DNA from: a virus
Taxonomy: Duplodnaviria > Caudoviricetes
Reading direction: 5' to 3' (one strand)
DNA: 64,000 bases
Virus record (IMG/VR): IMGVR_UViG_3300028888_000057
Notes under the pieces: model-generated
Seen by the model: the letters and a program-made list of their open reading frames with translations, nothing else
Told to the model about the DNA's origin: nothing
The model's database searches: none
Translations under genes and position numbers: made by a program
Part shown: positions 1-8,734 of the stretch, one piece after another
How positions within the stretch are numbered: the stretch's first letter is position 1
How the letters are laid out: each line of letters starts with the position of its first letter

Positions 1-14
1 CTAATAACACTCCA

Positions 15-932
15 TTGCTTGGTCGTTACATTGTGAACTTTAACAGGATCTACAAATCAAAACAGGAATCGCTAACGAAGGCATCAAGAAAAGGTATCAC
101 AGACAACCACATTATTCCGAAATGGGGTGAAGTACCGCTAGACAAAATCAAGACTTCAGACTTGCAACTTTGGTTCAATGAATTAGAAGACAAAGGATAC
201 TCTCATGAGACTCTGCTTAAAATCAAAAACAACATGTCACCAGTTCTTGATGCGGCCGTAGAAGATGGATACATAACACGAAATCCATTTAAATCATCGC
301 GGCTAAAAATAGGAGGAAAAGAAACTATCCATCATAAAGCCATTCCAAAAGAAAGAATGGAATTCATTAGAAGCAGCATTCCGTTTATTGAAGATGACAG
401 ACAACGAAATATGATTACATTGCTGGTGAATACAGGAATGAGAATGGAAGAAGTTCTCGGAGTGAAATGGGAAGATTTTGACTTAGAAAATGGTTGGATC
501 TACGTTCAGCGAGCAGTAGTTCATCCATCTCGAAATATGCCAGAAGTGAAAATTCCCAAAACTGCTGCCAGCAAGAGGAAGTTACCACTTACAAAAACAA
601 TAAAAGAACAATTGGGAAAAATTGAGAAAACCGGATTCATTCTGCACGGAGAAAAAAATGATCAACCACTAACCTATACGGAGGCAAGATACTGTTTCAA
701 CAAGCTTAGAAAAAATCTTGGGTTTGACGGATACACAGCTCATGACTTTAGAGATACGTGTGCAACAGAATGGAGAGAGGCTGGAATTCCGATGGACATC
801 ATCGCTCGACTGCTTGGACATTCGAAATCTGACACGACTGAGAACAGATATGTGAAGTACAGAGCAGAAGTTTTTGAAGGTGTTCGAGCCGTAATGGAAG
901 ACCTAAACAGAACAGAAAATGGAACAAAATGA
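15..932 (+). CDS. int: Tyrosine recombinase / phage integrase (probably 5'-truncated by window)
   Basis: TGMRxxE, HDFR, LGHS and C-terminal Tyr (RYVKY); SAM-like N-part; frame open back to base 3. Confidence 0.95.
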   Translation: MLGRYIVNFNRIYKSKQESLTKASRKGITDNHIIPKWGEVPLDKIKTSDLQLWFNELEDKGYSHETLLKIKNNMSPVLDAAVEDGYITRNPFKSSRLKIGGKETIHHKAIPKERMEFIRSSIPFIEDDRQRNMITLLVNTGMRMEEVLGVKWEDFDLENGWIYVQRAVVHPSRNMPEVKIPKTAASKRKLPLTKTIKEQLGKIEKTGFILHGEKNDQPLTYTEARYCFNKLRKNLGFDGYTAHDFRDTCATEWREAGIPMDIIARLLGHSKSDTTENRYVKYRAEVFEGVRAVMEDLNRTENGTK

Positions 933-967
933 AAAGTATGAGGTAATCTCAAAACGAGGTTAAGCTC

Positions 968-1019
968 AAAAAAGCAAAAAGAAAAACCCCACGGCCATTG
1001 ATGCAACGTCCACGGGGCT
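968..1019 (-). terminator. Rho-independent terminator downstream of the tRNA 3' half
   Basis: On - strand CCCCGUGG pairs with CCGUGGGG (two G-U pairs, possible only on this strand), followed by UUUUUCUUUUUGCUUUUUU. Confidence 0.75.
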
Positions 1020-1021
1020 TC

Positions 1022-1068
1022 TGGAGCTGATAGCCAGATTCGAACTGGCGACCTCATCCTTACCAAGG
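1022..1068 (-). other. Putative attP core: 3' half of tRNA-Thr(GGT)
   Basis: - strand CCTTGGTAAGGATGAGGTCGCCAGTTCGAATCTGGCTATCAGCTCCA has anticodon loop GGT, T-arm and CCA, but no 5' acceptor strand or D-arm; lies 90 bp from the integrase. Confidence 0.88.
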
Positions 1069-1269
1069 AATAAAACATCAAATTTAGTATGAGATAATCG
1101 AAGAACGTCTATTTGATATCATGGTTTTTAAAATTCAGAAGATGTTGCATTTTTCAAACATCTTTTGAATGTTGAAAATTATCTCATGTCTTTTAGAAAA
1201 GAATATTTTGCAATGGAGAATTAACATGAGCAATAATAGCTTGGAACGATATGATTTGGAGGAGAAATA

Positions 1270-1488
1270 ATGAGAGAAATTATGATTAATTTACTTCCAT
1301 GTCCTTTCTGCGGCGATCCAGCCGCGTTCTACGTAACTGACAATGGCGGAATTTGCGTTAAATGCACATCTTGTAACTGTCAAACTCCATACACCGACGA
1401 TGATACGACTCGACAATGGTCTGGTAGTTCAGCTATCGATGTGGTTACCGAAATATGGAACACAAGAATAGGAAAAGAAGGAATATAA
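1270..1488 (+). CDS. Lar-family (restriction alleviation-like) Zn-finger protein
   Basis: LLPCPFCG...CTSC...WNTR pattern; GGAGG RBS. Confidence 0.75.
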   Translation: MREIMINLLPCPFCGDPAAFYVTDNGGICVKCTSCNCQTPYTDDDTTRQWSGSSAIDVVTEIWNTRIGKEGI

Positions 1489-1489
1489 A

Positions 1490-1837
1490 ATGGTAGATAA
1501 AGATAAAGTTATCAAAGCTCTAACTATCTGTACTCGGCCTGGATCAAGAGGATGCTTCTATGAAACAGGAGAATGTCCTTATGAATCTGGTGGCTGTAGA
1601 ATTCAAATGGAAACTGATGCTCTTCAACTTATTAAAGAAATGGACTCAACACTTGGAATAAAATGTACAGTTGACGGTATAACGTTTACATCAACAGGAG
1701 AAGCCAAACATGGAGAAAAACGCGGCTCCGTGTTAGGCAAAACATATATGAAAGATCAAATCGAGAAAGCTCTGCTCTATAACGGATTACTAACCAAAGA
1801 AATTCGTGAGATTATCAATTCAATCCCAATTAATTGA
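1490..1837 (+). CDS. Cys-rich hypothetical phage protein
   Basis: DKDKVIKAL...C..CPY..C..DALQLIKE N-module shared with neighbours. Confidence 0.75.
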   Translation: MVDKDKVIKALTICTRPGSRGCFYETGECPYESGGCRIQMETDALQLIKEMDSTLGIKCTVDGITFTSTGEAKHGEKRGSVLGKTYMKDQIEKALLYNGLLTKEIREIINSIPIN

Positions 1838-1848
1838 AGGTGATTCAT

Positions 1849-1938
1849 ATGACAAGTATCATTAATTTACTTCTGATTGTCGGCTTGATCTTGTGGATCT
1901 TATTTCAAGCTGCAGACATGAATAATAAATTGAAATAA
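1849..1938 (+). CDS. 29-aa membrane peptide
   Basis: AAGGTGA RBS; single hydrophobic helix; below ORF-track cutoff. Confidence 0.5.
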   Translation: MTSIINLLLIVGLILWILFQAADMNNKLK

Positions 1939-1953
1939 AGGAGTATATATAAT

Positions 1954-2109
1954 ATGAAGGAATATAGCGTGATTATTAAAGGCGACCGGATAAGTTCCGG
2001 CTGCGTTATTGTGAAAGCAATTGATGAACACTCGGCCGCTAATTTCATTAATGATAATTTTCCTGATGATGTTGAAATATTAACTATAACTGAATACAGA
2101 AAGCTATGA
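1954..2109 (+). CDS. 51-aa hypothetical protein
   Basis: AAGGAG RBS; fills gap in operon. Confidence 0.6.
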   Translation: MKEYSVIIKGDRISSGCVIVKAIDEHSAANFINDNFPDDVEILTITEYRKL

Positions 2110-2202
2110 GGAGCTAAGCATGGCCTATGGAATGGTATTGGTGAATATTAATTATTATCGTGTGTATATGGATCTACAAGACGTCTTAACAAGGAGAGTA
2201 AT

Positions 2203-2481
2203 ATGAGATCGTATCCGGTACCGGCAAAGAAAGCAAATCGCATAAATCGTAAATGGCAAAAATTGAAGCCAAAGGCTGAACGTTGTCCCAATTGCGGCTG
2301 CCGCATAGTTGGACTGAACGATTGCTTCATGTATAAATGGAAAAGATTCTTTATTGACTGTGAAGAGTGTCATTGGTGCGGCCGGAGAAAACCCACAATC
2401 AGAATGGCCATTAAAGCATGGAATAAAGATGGAGCAAAGATGTATCTTGATATGCTGCGCAGAGTTTATGGAGGAAAATGA
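2203..2481 (+). CDS. Lar-like Zn-finger protein
   Basis: CPNCG...CEECH...AIKAWN; AAGGAG RBS. Confidence 0.7.
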   Translation: MRSYPVPAKKANRINRKWQKLKPKAERCPNCGCRIVGLNDCFMYKWKRFFIDCEECHWCGRRKPTIRMAIKAWNKDGAKMYLDMLRRVYGGK

Positions 2482-2482
2482 A

Positions 2483-2704
2483 ATGACAGATAAAGAACGT
2501 ATTATTCAGGTAATTACAGATCAGGTTGCTTTGTGCGGTCCAGATCCGGAAAAAGATCGTTGGTGGGTAACATTCACGGCCGATGATGCAAAGATGATTC
2601 GAGACATGCTTGAGAACGAGTATTGGCATGGATACAGAAGAGGAAGATCAGACGAAGCCGGACTGAGAGAGGGAACGATCATGCAAACGTTCAGCCCAGA
2701 CTAA
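2483..2704 (+). CDS. Hypothetical protein
   Basis: Start moved to ATG 2483 behind GGAGG; MTDKERII N-terminus like neighbours. Confidence 0.7.
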   Translation: MTDKERIIQVITDQVALCGPDPEKDRWWVTFTADDAKMIRDMLENEYWHGYRRGRSDEAGLREGTIMQTFSPD

Positions 2705-2775
2705 TTTACAGAAATAAGATAGTCGGCTGGGAACCATATTGTCCAACATAAGTATAACTTAAAGGCAGTGATTAA

Positions 2776-3000
2776 ATGGTTGTAACAGGAAATGGAATAG
2801 AAACAAAAGTATGGATTCTTCCCTATGAAAAATCATCTATTGATAAAAACATGTATGTTCAAAGCATGGAAAAGGCAATCGTTGTGACGTCCGTGCCAAA
2901 CTATGAAGAAAAATTAATTCGGTTAGAATTACCAGATTGTACTACTGTCGTCTTAAAAGCAGATCAATTGATAACGGCAATTAAGAAATGTGTTCTGTAA
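2776..3000 (+). CDS. Hypothetical protein
   Basis: ORF in operon orientation. Confidence 0.65.
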   Translation: MVVTGNGIETKVWILPYEKSSIDKNMYVQSMEKAIVVTSVPNYEEKLIRLELPDCTTVVLKADQLITAIKKCVL

Positions 3001-3045
3001 TTTAAAGGTGATAATGACGCTATAGTGAAGCAAAGGGTGTGTAAA

Positions 3046-3342
3046 ATGGACAGAGAGAAAGTTATCAAAGAATTTGAACATATATTGAATGAAGCAAGAG
3101 GAGATTATCTTGACTTTGCTGATATAACAGTTGATTTCGGGGATGAAATTCTTGCCCTGCTGAAAGAGCAGGAAGAGGTTGTTAAACAATGGAAAATGGA
3201 GATTGCAGGCAATCAACTTGTCCATGCTCCGAACGATTCTCATGAGGCTATGTCATTGGATGAACATCTTGAAAACGAGTATAAGCGTGGTATTTGGGAT
3301 GGATTGCAAATAGCATGGAACATCATTTCGGAAGGTCGGTGA
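3046..3342 (+). CDS. Modular hypothetical protein (DREKVI...LLKEQE family)
   Basis: Shared N-module and KEQE motif. Confidence 0.75.
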   Translation: MDREKVIKEFEHILNEARGDYLDFADITVDFGDEILALLKEQEEVVKQWKMEIAGNQLVHAPNDSHEAMSLDEHLENEYKRGIWDGLQIAWNIISEGR

Positions 3343-3347
3343 GGTGA

Positions 3348-3506
3348 ATGAATGGAAAAGATTTAATAGGCAAAACGATTAAAAAAATAGACATCGACGG
3401 ATACGGCGTTGAGATACGTTTCACTGACGGAACAGAATTTGTGTATAACGCTTCAGATGCAGGATATTCTAGTTGGGATATATCGGAAGGTGGCGAAGCG
3501 GAATGA
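3348..3506 (+). CDS. 52-aa hypothetical protein
   Basis: GAGGTGA RBS; ATGA overlap with next gene. Confidence 0.65.
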   Translation: MNGKDLIGKTIKKIDIDGYGVEIRFTDGTEFVYNASDAGYSSWDISEGGEAE

Positions 3507-3817
3507 TTGATAAAAAGCAAGTCATGTTTGACATTGAACGTTGTATTTGCCATGTGCCGGATGCGTGTAAAGATTGCTCTAAATATAAAGGAATTGACGG
3601 ACTCCGATGCATGGAGGAACTAATGGTTGACGCTCATACTCTGCTGAAAGAGCAAGAAGCAGTTGAGCCAACATTTAAGCAAGATAACGATGGCATTTTT
3701 GTCTGGGCGTGTGGTTCATGCGGTGCGTACATGTATCACATCTACGATGGAATTGACAAGGCAAAGGAATACGCAAAATACTGTCGTCAATGCGGCAGAA
3801 AGGTGAAGTGGGAATGA
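3503..3817 (+). CDS. Modular Zn-ribbon protein
   Basis: CKDC module, [15 protein letters not shown]...[12 protein letters not shown]. Confidence 0.8.
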   Translation: MIDKKQVMFDIERCICHVPDACKDCSKYKGIDGLRCMEELMVDAHTLLKEQEAVEPTFKQDNDGIFVWACGSCGAYMYHIYDGIDKAKEYAKYCRQCGRKVKWE

Positions 3818-4473
3818 AATACAATGGAAGCAATCTGGAAAAAGTTCTTAACTCGCACAAACGTTGGTTGGATAAATCCGAAGGATGGTCGGAAGAAGAT
3901 AGAGCTGATCTGAGTAGAGCCAATCTGTATGAAGTCTATCTGATTGGAGCCGATCTGAGAGAAGCCGATTTGAGAGAAGCAGATCTAATAAAAGCAAATC
4001 TGAGAGGAGCAGACCTGAGAGGAGCTGACCTGAGAGGAGCAGATCTATCTGGAGCAGATCTTGGAGAAGCAGATCTAACTGGAGCAAATCTGACAGGAGC
4101 TCATCTAAGAAGAGCGAAAAATGTCCCATATATTCCTCTGGCATGTCCGGACACAGGAGCGTTCGTGGCATGGAAAAAATGCGAATCGAAAGACGGAATA
4201 GTAATCGTCAAACTGCTGATACCGGAAGATGCCAGACGGAACAGCGGAACAGGCCGAAAATGTAGAGCAGACAGGGCCGTTGTACTTGAAATCCAGACAG
4301 TTGACGGCGATGTGCTTGAAGGAGAAATTGCATGGTCAATGTATAATAATTATTTTACCTATGAGGTTGGCAAAACGGTGACACCAAGCAAACCATTTTG
4401 CGAGGACAGGTTTGATGAATATTCCAGCGGGATTCATTTTTTCATCAATCGACAGGACGCCGTTGAGTTTTGA
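3814..4473 (+). CDS. Pentapeptide-repeat protein with DUF5758-like C-domain
   Basis: A(D/N)LxG repeats; [24 protein letters not shown]. Confidence 0.9.
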   Translation: MKYNGSNLEKVLNSHKRWLDKSEGWSEEDRADLSRANLYEVYLIGADLREADLREADLIKANLRGADLRGADLRGADLSGADLGEADLTGANLTGAHLRRAKNVPYIPLACPDTGAFVAWKKCESKDGIVIVKLLIPEDARRNSGTGRKCRADRAVVLEIQTVDGDVLEGEIAWSMYNNYFTYEVGKTVTPSKPFCEDRFDEYSSGIHFFINRQDAVEF

Positions 4474-4493
4474 GAATAGGTGGTAAAGTGGGA

Positions 4494-4955
4494 ATGAATA
4501 TATTGATGTCAATCAAACCGGAATGGTGCAAGAAGATCATTTACGGAGAAAAAACCATTGAGGTCAGAAAAACGAAACCCGAACAGATTTCAGCACCTTT
4601 TAAAGTTTATGTTTACGCTTCGTTTGGAGGAGAAAACTGGTTTTCCAAAGGAAAACAAAAATCAGGTCATGTGATTGGTGTGTTCACCTGCGATAGAATT
4701 GAACGATATGATATACCCTATCCAGCGTGGCAGAAAGACTTGAACCCAGAGTTGAAAGAAAAATCCTGTCTTTCATACATGCAACTTCACCGTTACGCAG
4801 GAAAGCAAGGATATGTGTATGGATGGGATCTACGAGATTTTGAAAATTGGGATGTTCCGCTGTCCGTGCGTGAGTTTATTGATAGCAAAGGGAATACTTT
4901 TAATGGGCCGCCACAATCATGGGCATATGCAGTTAGGTTGGTGAAACGGGAATGA
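4494..4955 (+). CDS. ASCH/PUA-like domain protein
   Basis: ILMSIKPEW..IxxGEKTIEVRKT...PPQSW.Y. Confidence 0.85.
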   Translation: MNILMSIKPEWCKKIIYGEKTIEVRKTKPEQISAPFKVYVYASFGGENWFSKGKQKSGHVIGVFTCDRIERYDIPYPAWQKDLNPELKEKSCLSYMQLHRYAGKQGYVYGWDLRDFENWDVPLSVREFIDSKGNTFNGPPQSWAYAVRLVKRE

Positions 4956-5188
4956 CAAATCAAGAAGCAATTGAAACGATAGAAGCAAATTATCCACCGC
5001 AAAATTATTCGATGTTGAGAGAAGCGTTGGATATGGCTATTGTCAAGCTGAAAGAACAGGAAGCGGTACCGGTTATACAGCGCGAAATTGCACATATGCT
5101 TTTCTGGTGCTGCGGTTCGTGCGGCGTGGCTATAACAGATGGAGATAAGTTCTGCAGGAATTGTGGAATGGCGGTGAAGTGGAAATGA
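4952..5188 (+). CDS. Modular Zn-ribbon protein
   Basis: LKEQEAV, CGSCG...FCRNCGMAVKWK. Confidence 0.8.
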   Translation: MTNQEAIETIEANYPPQNYSMLREALDMAIVKLKEQEAVPVIQREIAHMLFWCCGSCGVAITDGDKFCRNCGMAVKWK

Positions 5189-5457
5189 CAGGCAAAGACT
5201 TACGGTATTCATTGGTGTTAAAAGGTATAAAACCTTCTGAATTGGCAGAACATATTGATGTTTCGAGAAGTATGGTTTCAAAGTGGCTTTCTGGCACATC
5301 TAAAATTTCAATCAAGCAAGAAAATGCCATCATACAATTCCTTGGGAATGTTACGGACGCTGAAGCAAAAGATAGACGAAGAATTGAAGAAATAGTATTA
5401 ACTATGACAAAAGAAGAAAAAATCAATGTTATTCAATTTATATTAGGAACACTTTAA
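5185..5457 (+). CDS. XRE-family HTH protein
   Basis: ELAEHIDVSRSMVSKWLSG. Confidence 0.8.
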   Translation: MTGKDLRYSLVLKGIKPSELAEHIDVSRSMVSKWLSGTSKISIKQENAIIQFLGNVTDAEAKDRRRIEEIVLTMTKEEKINVIQFILGTL

Positions 5458-5468
5458 GGCGATAAAGT

Positions 5469-5777
5469 GTGGTGAATAATTTAACAATGGAGATTTTAGC
5501 ACTTTGGATTTTAATCGGTGGTTTTATAGGTGGCTTTGTACAAATACTGTTTGCATTTGACGATGATGAACTGTCTTTTAAAACAGCATTTTATTATGCG
5601 ACGGTGTTCTATGAAAACAATGAAGACAAACTTAATTCTGCTGGATTAACTATAGTTATTGTTATAATGTCGTTATTGCTTTTACCTGGTTATGTTTTGA
5701 TATTTTTCATAGCGTGCTTAGATAAAGTGTTTTGCAAATTGTGGGAAGTATATAAATACGTATTTAGAAAAGAATAG
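5469..5777 (+). CDS. Membrane protein (2 TM)
   Basis: Two hydrophobic stretches. Confidence 0.7.
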   Translation: MVNNLTMEILALWILIGGFIGGFVQILFAFDDDELSFKTAFYYATVFYENNEDKLNSAGLTIVIVIMSLLLLPGYVLIFFIACLDKVFCKLWEVYKYVFRKE

Positions 5778-5807
5778 AGGTAGTGTGAAGAATGGTAGTG
5801 AAGTGGG

Positions 5808-6053
5808 ATGACTGACAGGGAGAAGATCATTAAAGAAATGATTGTATTACGCAATTGGCTTTTGCATATGGAAGAGTTCGATGCTCACGGAAACGGTGAT
5901 ATGTATCATGAGTTTGGTTGTACCATTCACAGTGCTTTGGAACTGCTGAAAAAGCAAGAAGCAGAATTGCTCCAACAAGAAGCAGAACTTGATATCCTTC
6001 GGAATATCTACAAGCAAGAAAGCCCAAACAAACAGGTGGTGAAGTGGGAATGA
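5808..6053 (+). CDS. Modular hypothetical protein
   Basis: MTDREKII...LLKKQEA...VVKWE. Confidence 0.75.
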   Translation: MTDREKIIKEMIVLRNWLLHMEEFDAHGNGDMYHEFGCTIHSALELLKKQEAELLQQEAELDILRNIYKQESPNKQVVKWE

Positions 6054-6370
6054 TAATAATAGATATTGATTTGCCAGAAAGGTGCGGCGAGTGCCCGTGC
6101 TTTCATGCGGCGTTTCCGATGCACTGTCAACTGATTAAACCGCCGGACAAAAACAAGCAATTAGCGGCTCCGTATGGTTTACCAAGACCTGACTGGTGTC
6201 CGCTGAAAGAGCAGGAAGCAGTGAAACCGAGAGTTGATGCTGATGGGTCATTTAACTGCGGAAATTGTGGTGAACTAGTTGGATTTGATGAACATCCATT
6301 TACATATAAAGTACCCAAAATAGCTATGAAATTTTGCTGTGAGTGTGGAAAGCCGGTAAAATGGGAATGA
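6050..6370 (+). CDS. Modular double Zn-finger protein
   Basis: CGECPC..RPDWCPLKEQEAV, CGNCG..CCECGKPVKWE. Confidence 0.8.
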   Translation: MIIIDIDLPERCGECPCFHAAFPMHCQLIKPPDKNKQLAAPYGLPRPDWCPLKEQEAVKPRVDADGSFNCGNCGELVGFDEHPFTYKVPKIAMKFCCECGKPVKWE

Positions 6371-6561
6371 CTGACAAAAATACTGCAGGTTTACGAAAAC
6401 ATTGCGGAGTCGATCCGATAATAGTTGAAGAATATTATAACGGTACGTATAAGTTGGTTCGAATCAAATGCAGTAAGTGTTGCGCTCAAACAGGAGCAAA
6501 ACGGTTTTTGAAAGATGCAATACGAGAATGGGAAAATCCATTAACCGTACATCTGAATTAG
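6367..6561 (+). CDS. Degenerate Lar-like protein
   Basis: HCG...CSKC...DAIREWE. Confidence 0.6.
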   Translation: MTDKNTAGLRKHCGVDPIIVEEYYNGTYKLVRIKCSKCCAQTGAKRFLKDAIREWENPLTVHLN

Positions 6562-6625
6562 AAGAGAGTGGTGCAAATCTTCACCTACTCAATAACGAAG
6601 TAAATAATAAGGTGGTAAAGTGGAA

Positions 6626-6832
6626 ATGAAAGAGCGATTCTGGTATATATGTCCATTTTGCGGTTCCAATGTTTCAAACGGATTATGTTATGGATGTGGA
6701 AATAATAATCTTCCGGATATGTCGTTTGAAAACAAATCCGATTTTAAATTTATAGGTTTTTATACATATAAGAATAATGTGCAAAGATACATTTCTATGT
6801 ATTTATGCAGACAGGAGGCAAAGAGGACATGA
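6626..6832 (+). CDS. Zn-ribbon protein
   Basis: CPFCG..CYGCG; starts in junction motif. Confidence 0.6.
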   Translation: MKERFWYICPFCGSNVSNGLCYGCGNNNLPDMSFENKSDFKFIGFYTYKNNVQRYISMYLCRQEAKRT

Positions 6833-7095
6833 ACGACAGAGAGAAAATTATCAGTGCCATTGAAAGAGCAAAAACGCAATCAAAGAAAAATGCACTGGAT
6901 AGCATAATTGTTCCATTCAAGGAAGCGGATATGATCATTGCCCTGCTTAAAGAGCAGGAAACGGTTATTCGGTGCAAGGATTGCATATATTGGCATGAAT
7001 CCGCAACAAATCACGGATACGGAGATTGCGGACAGGCGAACGGAATTGCATTGAAAGATGAGAATTGGTACTGCGCTGATAGGAAAAGACGTTGA
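6829..7095 (+). CDS. Modular Cys-rich protein
   Basis: MNDREKII...LLKEQE, VIRCKDCIYW..WYCAD. Confidence 0.8.
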   Translation: MNDREKIISAIERAKTQSKKNALDSIIVPFKEADMIIALLKEQETVIRCKDCIYWHESATNHGYGDCGQANGIALKDENWYCADRKRR

Positions 7096-7100
7096 ATTGA

Positions 7101-7247
7101 ATGAATGCCACGATTTTTAAATGGATTGTTGTTTATGATGACGGCAGGACAGAAGAAAAATAGGGAGAAAGTCTGTATGATTTTGCAGACAATTTGATAG
7201 AAGTGCCTGTTGCGATTGTTCGCAACGGATGGCAAAGAGGTAATTAA
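7101..7247 (+). pseudogene. Possible small gene interrupted by TAG at 7161
   Basis: Frame fills the intergenic gap exactly apart from one amber codon. Confidence 0.4.
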
Positions 7248-7249
7248 TA

Positions 7250-7540
7250 ATGACGATTGAAGAATGGGCAAAAGACTTCAAATCATATGTAAACGCATTA
7301 AGTATGCCGAGAGATGATTATAAAGGCATCATGGAATACATTGACGATGTACTTGCCATGCCGGAAGCGCAAGAACACTCAGGCGTGTGGGAGTTGATTA
7401 CAGAAGATAAGTACCGTTGTTCAGAGTGTAAGAACGTAACTTATGTCGATGAGTGCATGAACGAACCTCAATATCTGTATTGTCCGTATTGTGGATGTAA
7501 GATGACTTTTGAAGGAATTTGGGTGAAGCGGGATGTATGA
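7250..7540 (+). CDS. Modular Zn-ribbon protein
   Basis: CSEC...YCPYCG; ends in junction motif. Confidence 0.75.
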   Translation: MTIEEWAKDFKSYVNALSMPRDDYKGIMEYIDDVLAMPEAQEHSGVWELITEDKYRCSECKNVTYVDECMNEPQYLYCPYCGCKMTFEGIWVKRDV

Positions 7541-7862
7541 CCCAGAGATGAGAAAAGACTGTCCAATGCGTAGAAACCTTGGAAACTGTTCTCCGGTCGG
7601 CGGTTTCTGCGTGGATGCTGTAAGTGATGAAATCTGTGAGGCTGTACATAACGCTTATGATCATGAGTTTTACAACGCGTTGAAAACACTGAAAGAGCAG
7701 AGTGCGGTTGAACCATATATGGATTATGACGGACATGATGTATGGAGGTGTGGAAAATGCGGATCAACAATATTTCACATTTATCATAATCAATCAGACG
7801 AAGACTGGAAGAGTTATGCAAAGTTTTGCAGACAATGCGGAAGGCGAGTAAAATGGAAATGA
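7533..7862 (+). CDS. Modular Zn-ribbon protein
   Basis: LKEQSAVEP, CGKCG..FCRQCGRRVKWK; C-module paralogous to 3503..3817. Confidence 0.8.
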   Translation: MYDPEMRKDCPMRRNLGNCSPVGGFCVDAVSDEICEAVHNAYDHEFYNALKTLKEQSAVEPYMDYDGHDVWRCGKCGSTIFHIYHNQSDEDWKSYAKFCRQCGRRVKWK

Positions 7863-8047
7863 TGGTATTGATATTGATAGTGATTGCGTTAAACTTGCCA
7901 GCTTATGCTTGGGTGTATTTTGAGTGGCGTAAAGATTGCAAAGAAATCGGAAAAGATGATCTTGCGGTTTCTCTTAAAGAACGCATGAAAGCGCTTTTCT
8001 TATATCTTACTCTGCCGTGTTTATTGGGGCTTGCAACAAGAAAATAA
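7859..8047 (+). CDS. Small membrane protein
   Basis: Two hydrophobic segments; ATGA overlap. Confidence 0.65.
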   Translation: MMVLILIVIALNLPAYAWVYFEWRKDCKEIGKDDLAVSLKERMKALFLYLTLPCLLGLATRK

Positions 8048-8071
8048 ATATTTCATAGGAGTTGAAGTGGA

Positions 8072-8404
8072 TTGACAATTCAGCGAATGCTTGAATTACT
8101 GGAGATTGAACATGAATGCATGCTTCGTGGAGCGCATGATGATTGTGACCGGAATTGTTGTGACTGTGAACTGGTACAGGACGATTACGAACTGCATGAA
8201 ATGTATACTGATGTGATTTCACTGTTAAAAAAACAGGAGCCATTAGAGCCAAAGAAGGTAAAAATTGATCAGGCAGGTCCTTTATATCACCGTTGTTACT
8301 GCTCAAAATGTGGGCATTATGTTGGGAACATGATAAATAACAAGGTTGCAGATGTGTATGAGAATTATTGTAGCAACTGTGGACATGAGGTGAAGTGGAA
8401 ATGA
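8072..8404 (+). CDS. Modular Zn-ribbon protein
   Basis: CDRNCCDC, LLKKQEP, CSKCG..YCSNCGHEVKWK. Confidence 0.8.
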   Translation: MTIQRMLELLEIEHECMLRGAHDDCDRNCCDCELVQDDYELHEMYTDVISLLKKQEPLEPKKVKIDQAGPLYHRCYCSKCGHYVGNMINNKVADVYENYCSNCGHEVKWK

Positions 8405-8511
8405 AATGGGTATTTTGTAAAGAATGTAAACACTGGTTCAAAACATATCCGACAACTGTTATTCGGTGTCCATTTTGCGGTGCTGATGTAACTGAATGGG
8501 ACTGGCGGTGA
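8401..8511 (+). CDS. 36-aa Zn-ribbon peptide
   Basis: CKEC...CPFCG; ATGA overlap. Confidence 0.65.
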   Translation: MKWVFCKECKHWFKTYPTTVIRCPFCGADVTEWDWR

Positions 8512-8517
8512 AATGAA

Positions 8518-8727
8518 ATGGTTAAAACATTTTGTGACAGGTGCGGTAAAGAGATAACAAAAGAATATGGATGGATCACACATAAGACGCTATATGCAAG
8601 TATAAGACTTATTCCCGGAAAGAAGCGTGACGAATGGTCTAAGCAAGCAGATCTATACATATGTCCGGAATGCGAAGATAGTTATATTCACTGGTTTATG
8701 AATCCAGAAACGGAAGACGGGCGGTGA
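8518..8727 (+). CDS. Zn-finger protein
   Basis: FCDRCGKEI...ICPEC. Confidence 0.75.
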   Translation: MVKTFCDRCGKEITKEYGWITHKTLYASIRLIPGKKRDEWSKQADLYICPECEDSYIHWFMNPETEDGR

Positions 8728-8734
8728 AGTTAAA

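Larger units (their letters stand above)
3154..8241 (+). repeat. Intragenic repeat CTGCTGAAAGAGCARGAAGC (LLKEQEA), about 9 copies
   Basis: Copies near 3154, 3641, 5047, 5943, 6200, 6940, 7689, 8222; degenerate near 7356. Confidence 0.8.

Noticed and set aside
740-1081. 113-aa minus-strand ORF
   Set aside because: Antisense to the integrase and runs through the att core and terminator
1022-1100. Complete tRNA-Thr gene
   Set aside because: No 5' acceptor strand or D-arm upstream of the anticodon arm
6562-6595. T-loop-like GGTGCAAATC element
   Set aside because: Flanking stem is weak and no other tRNA arms are present
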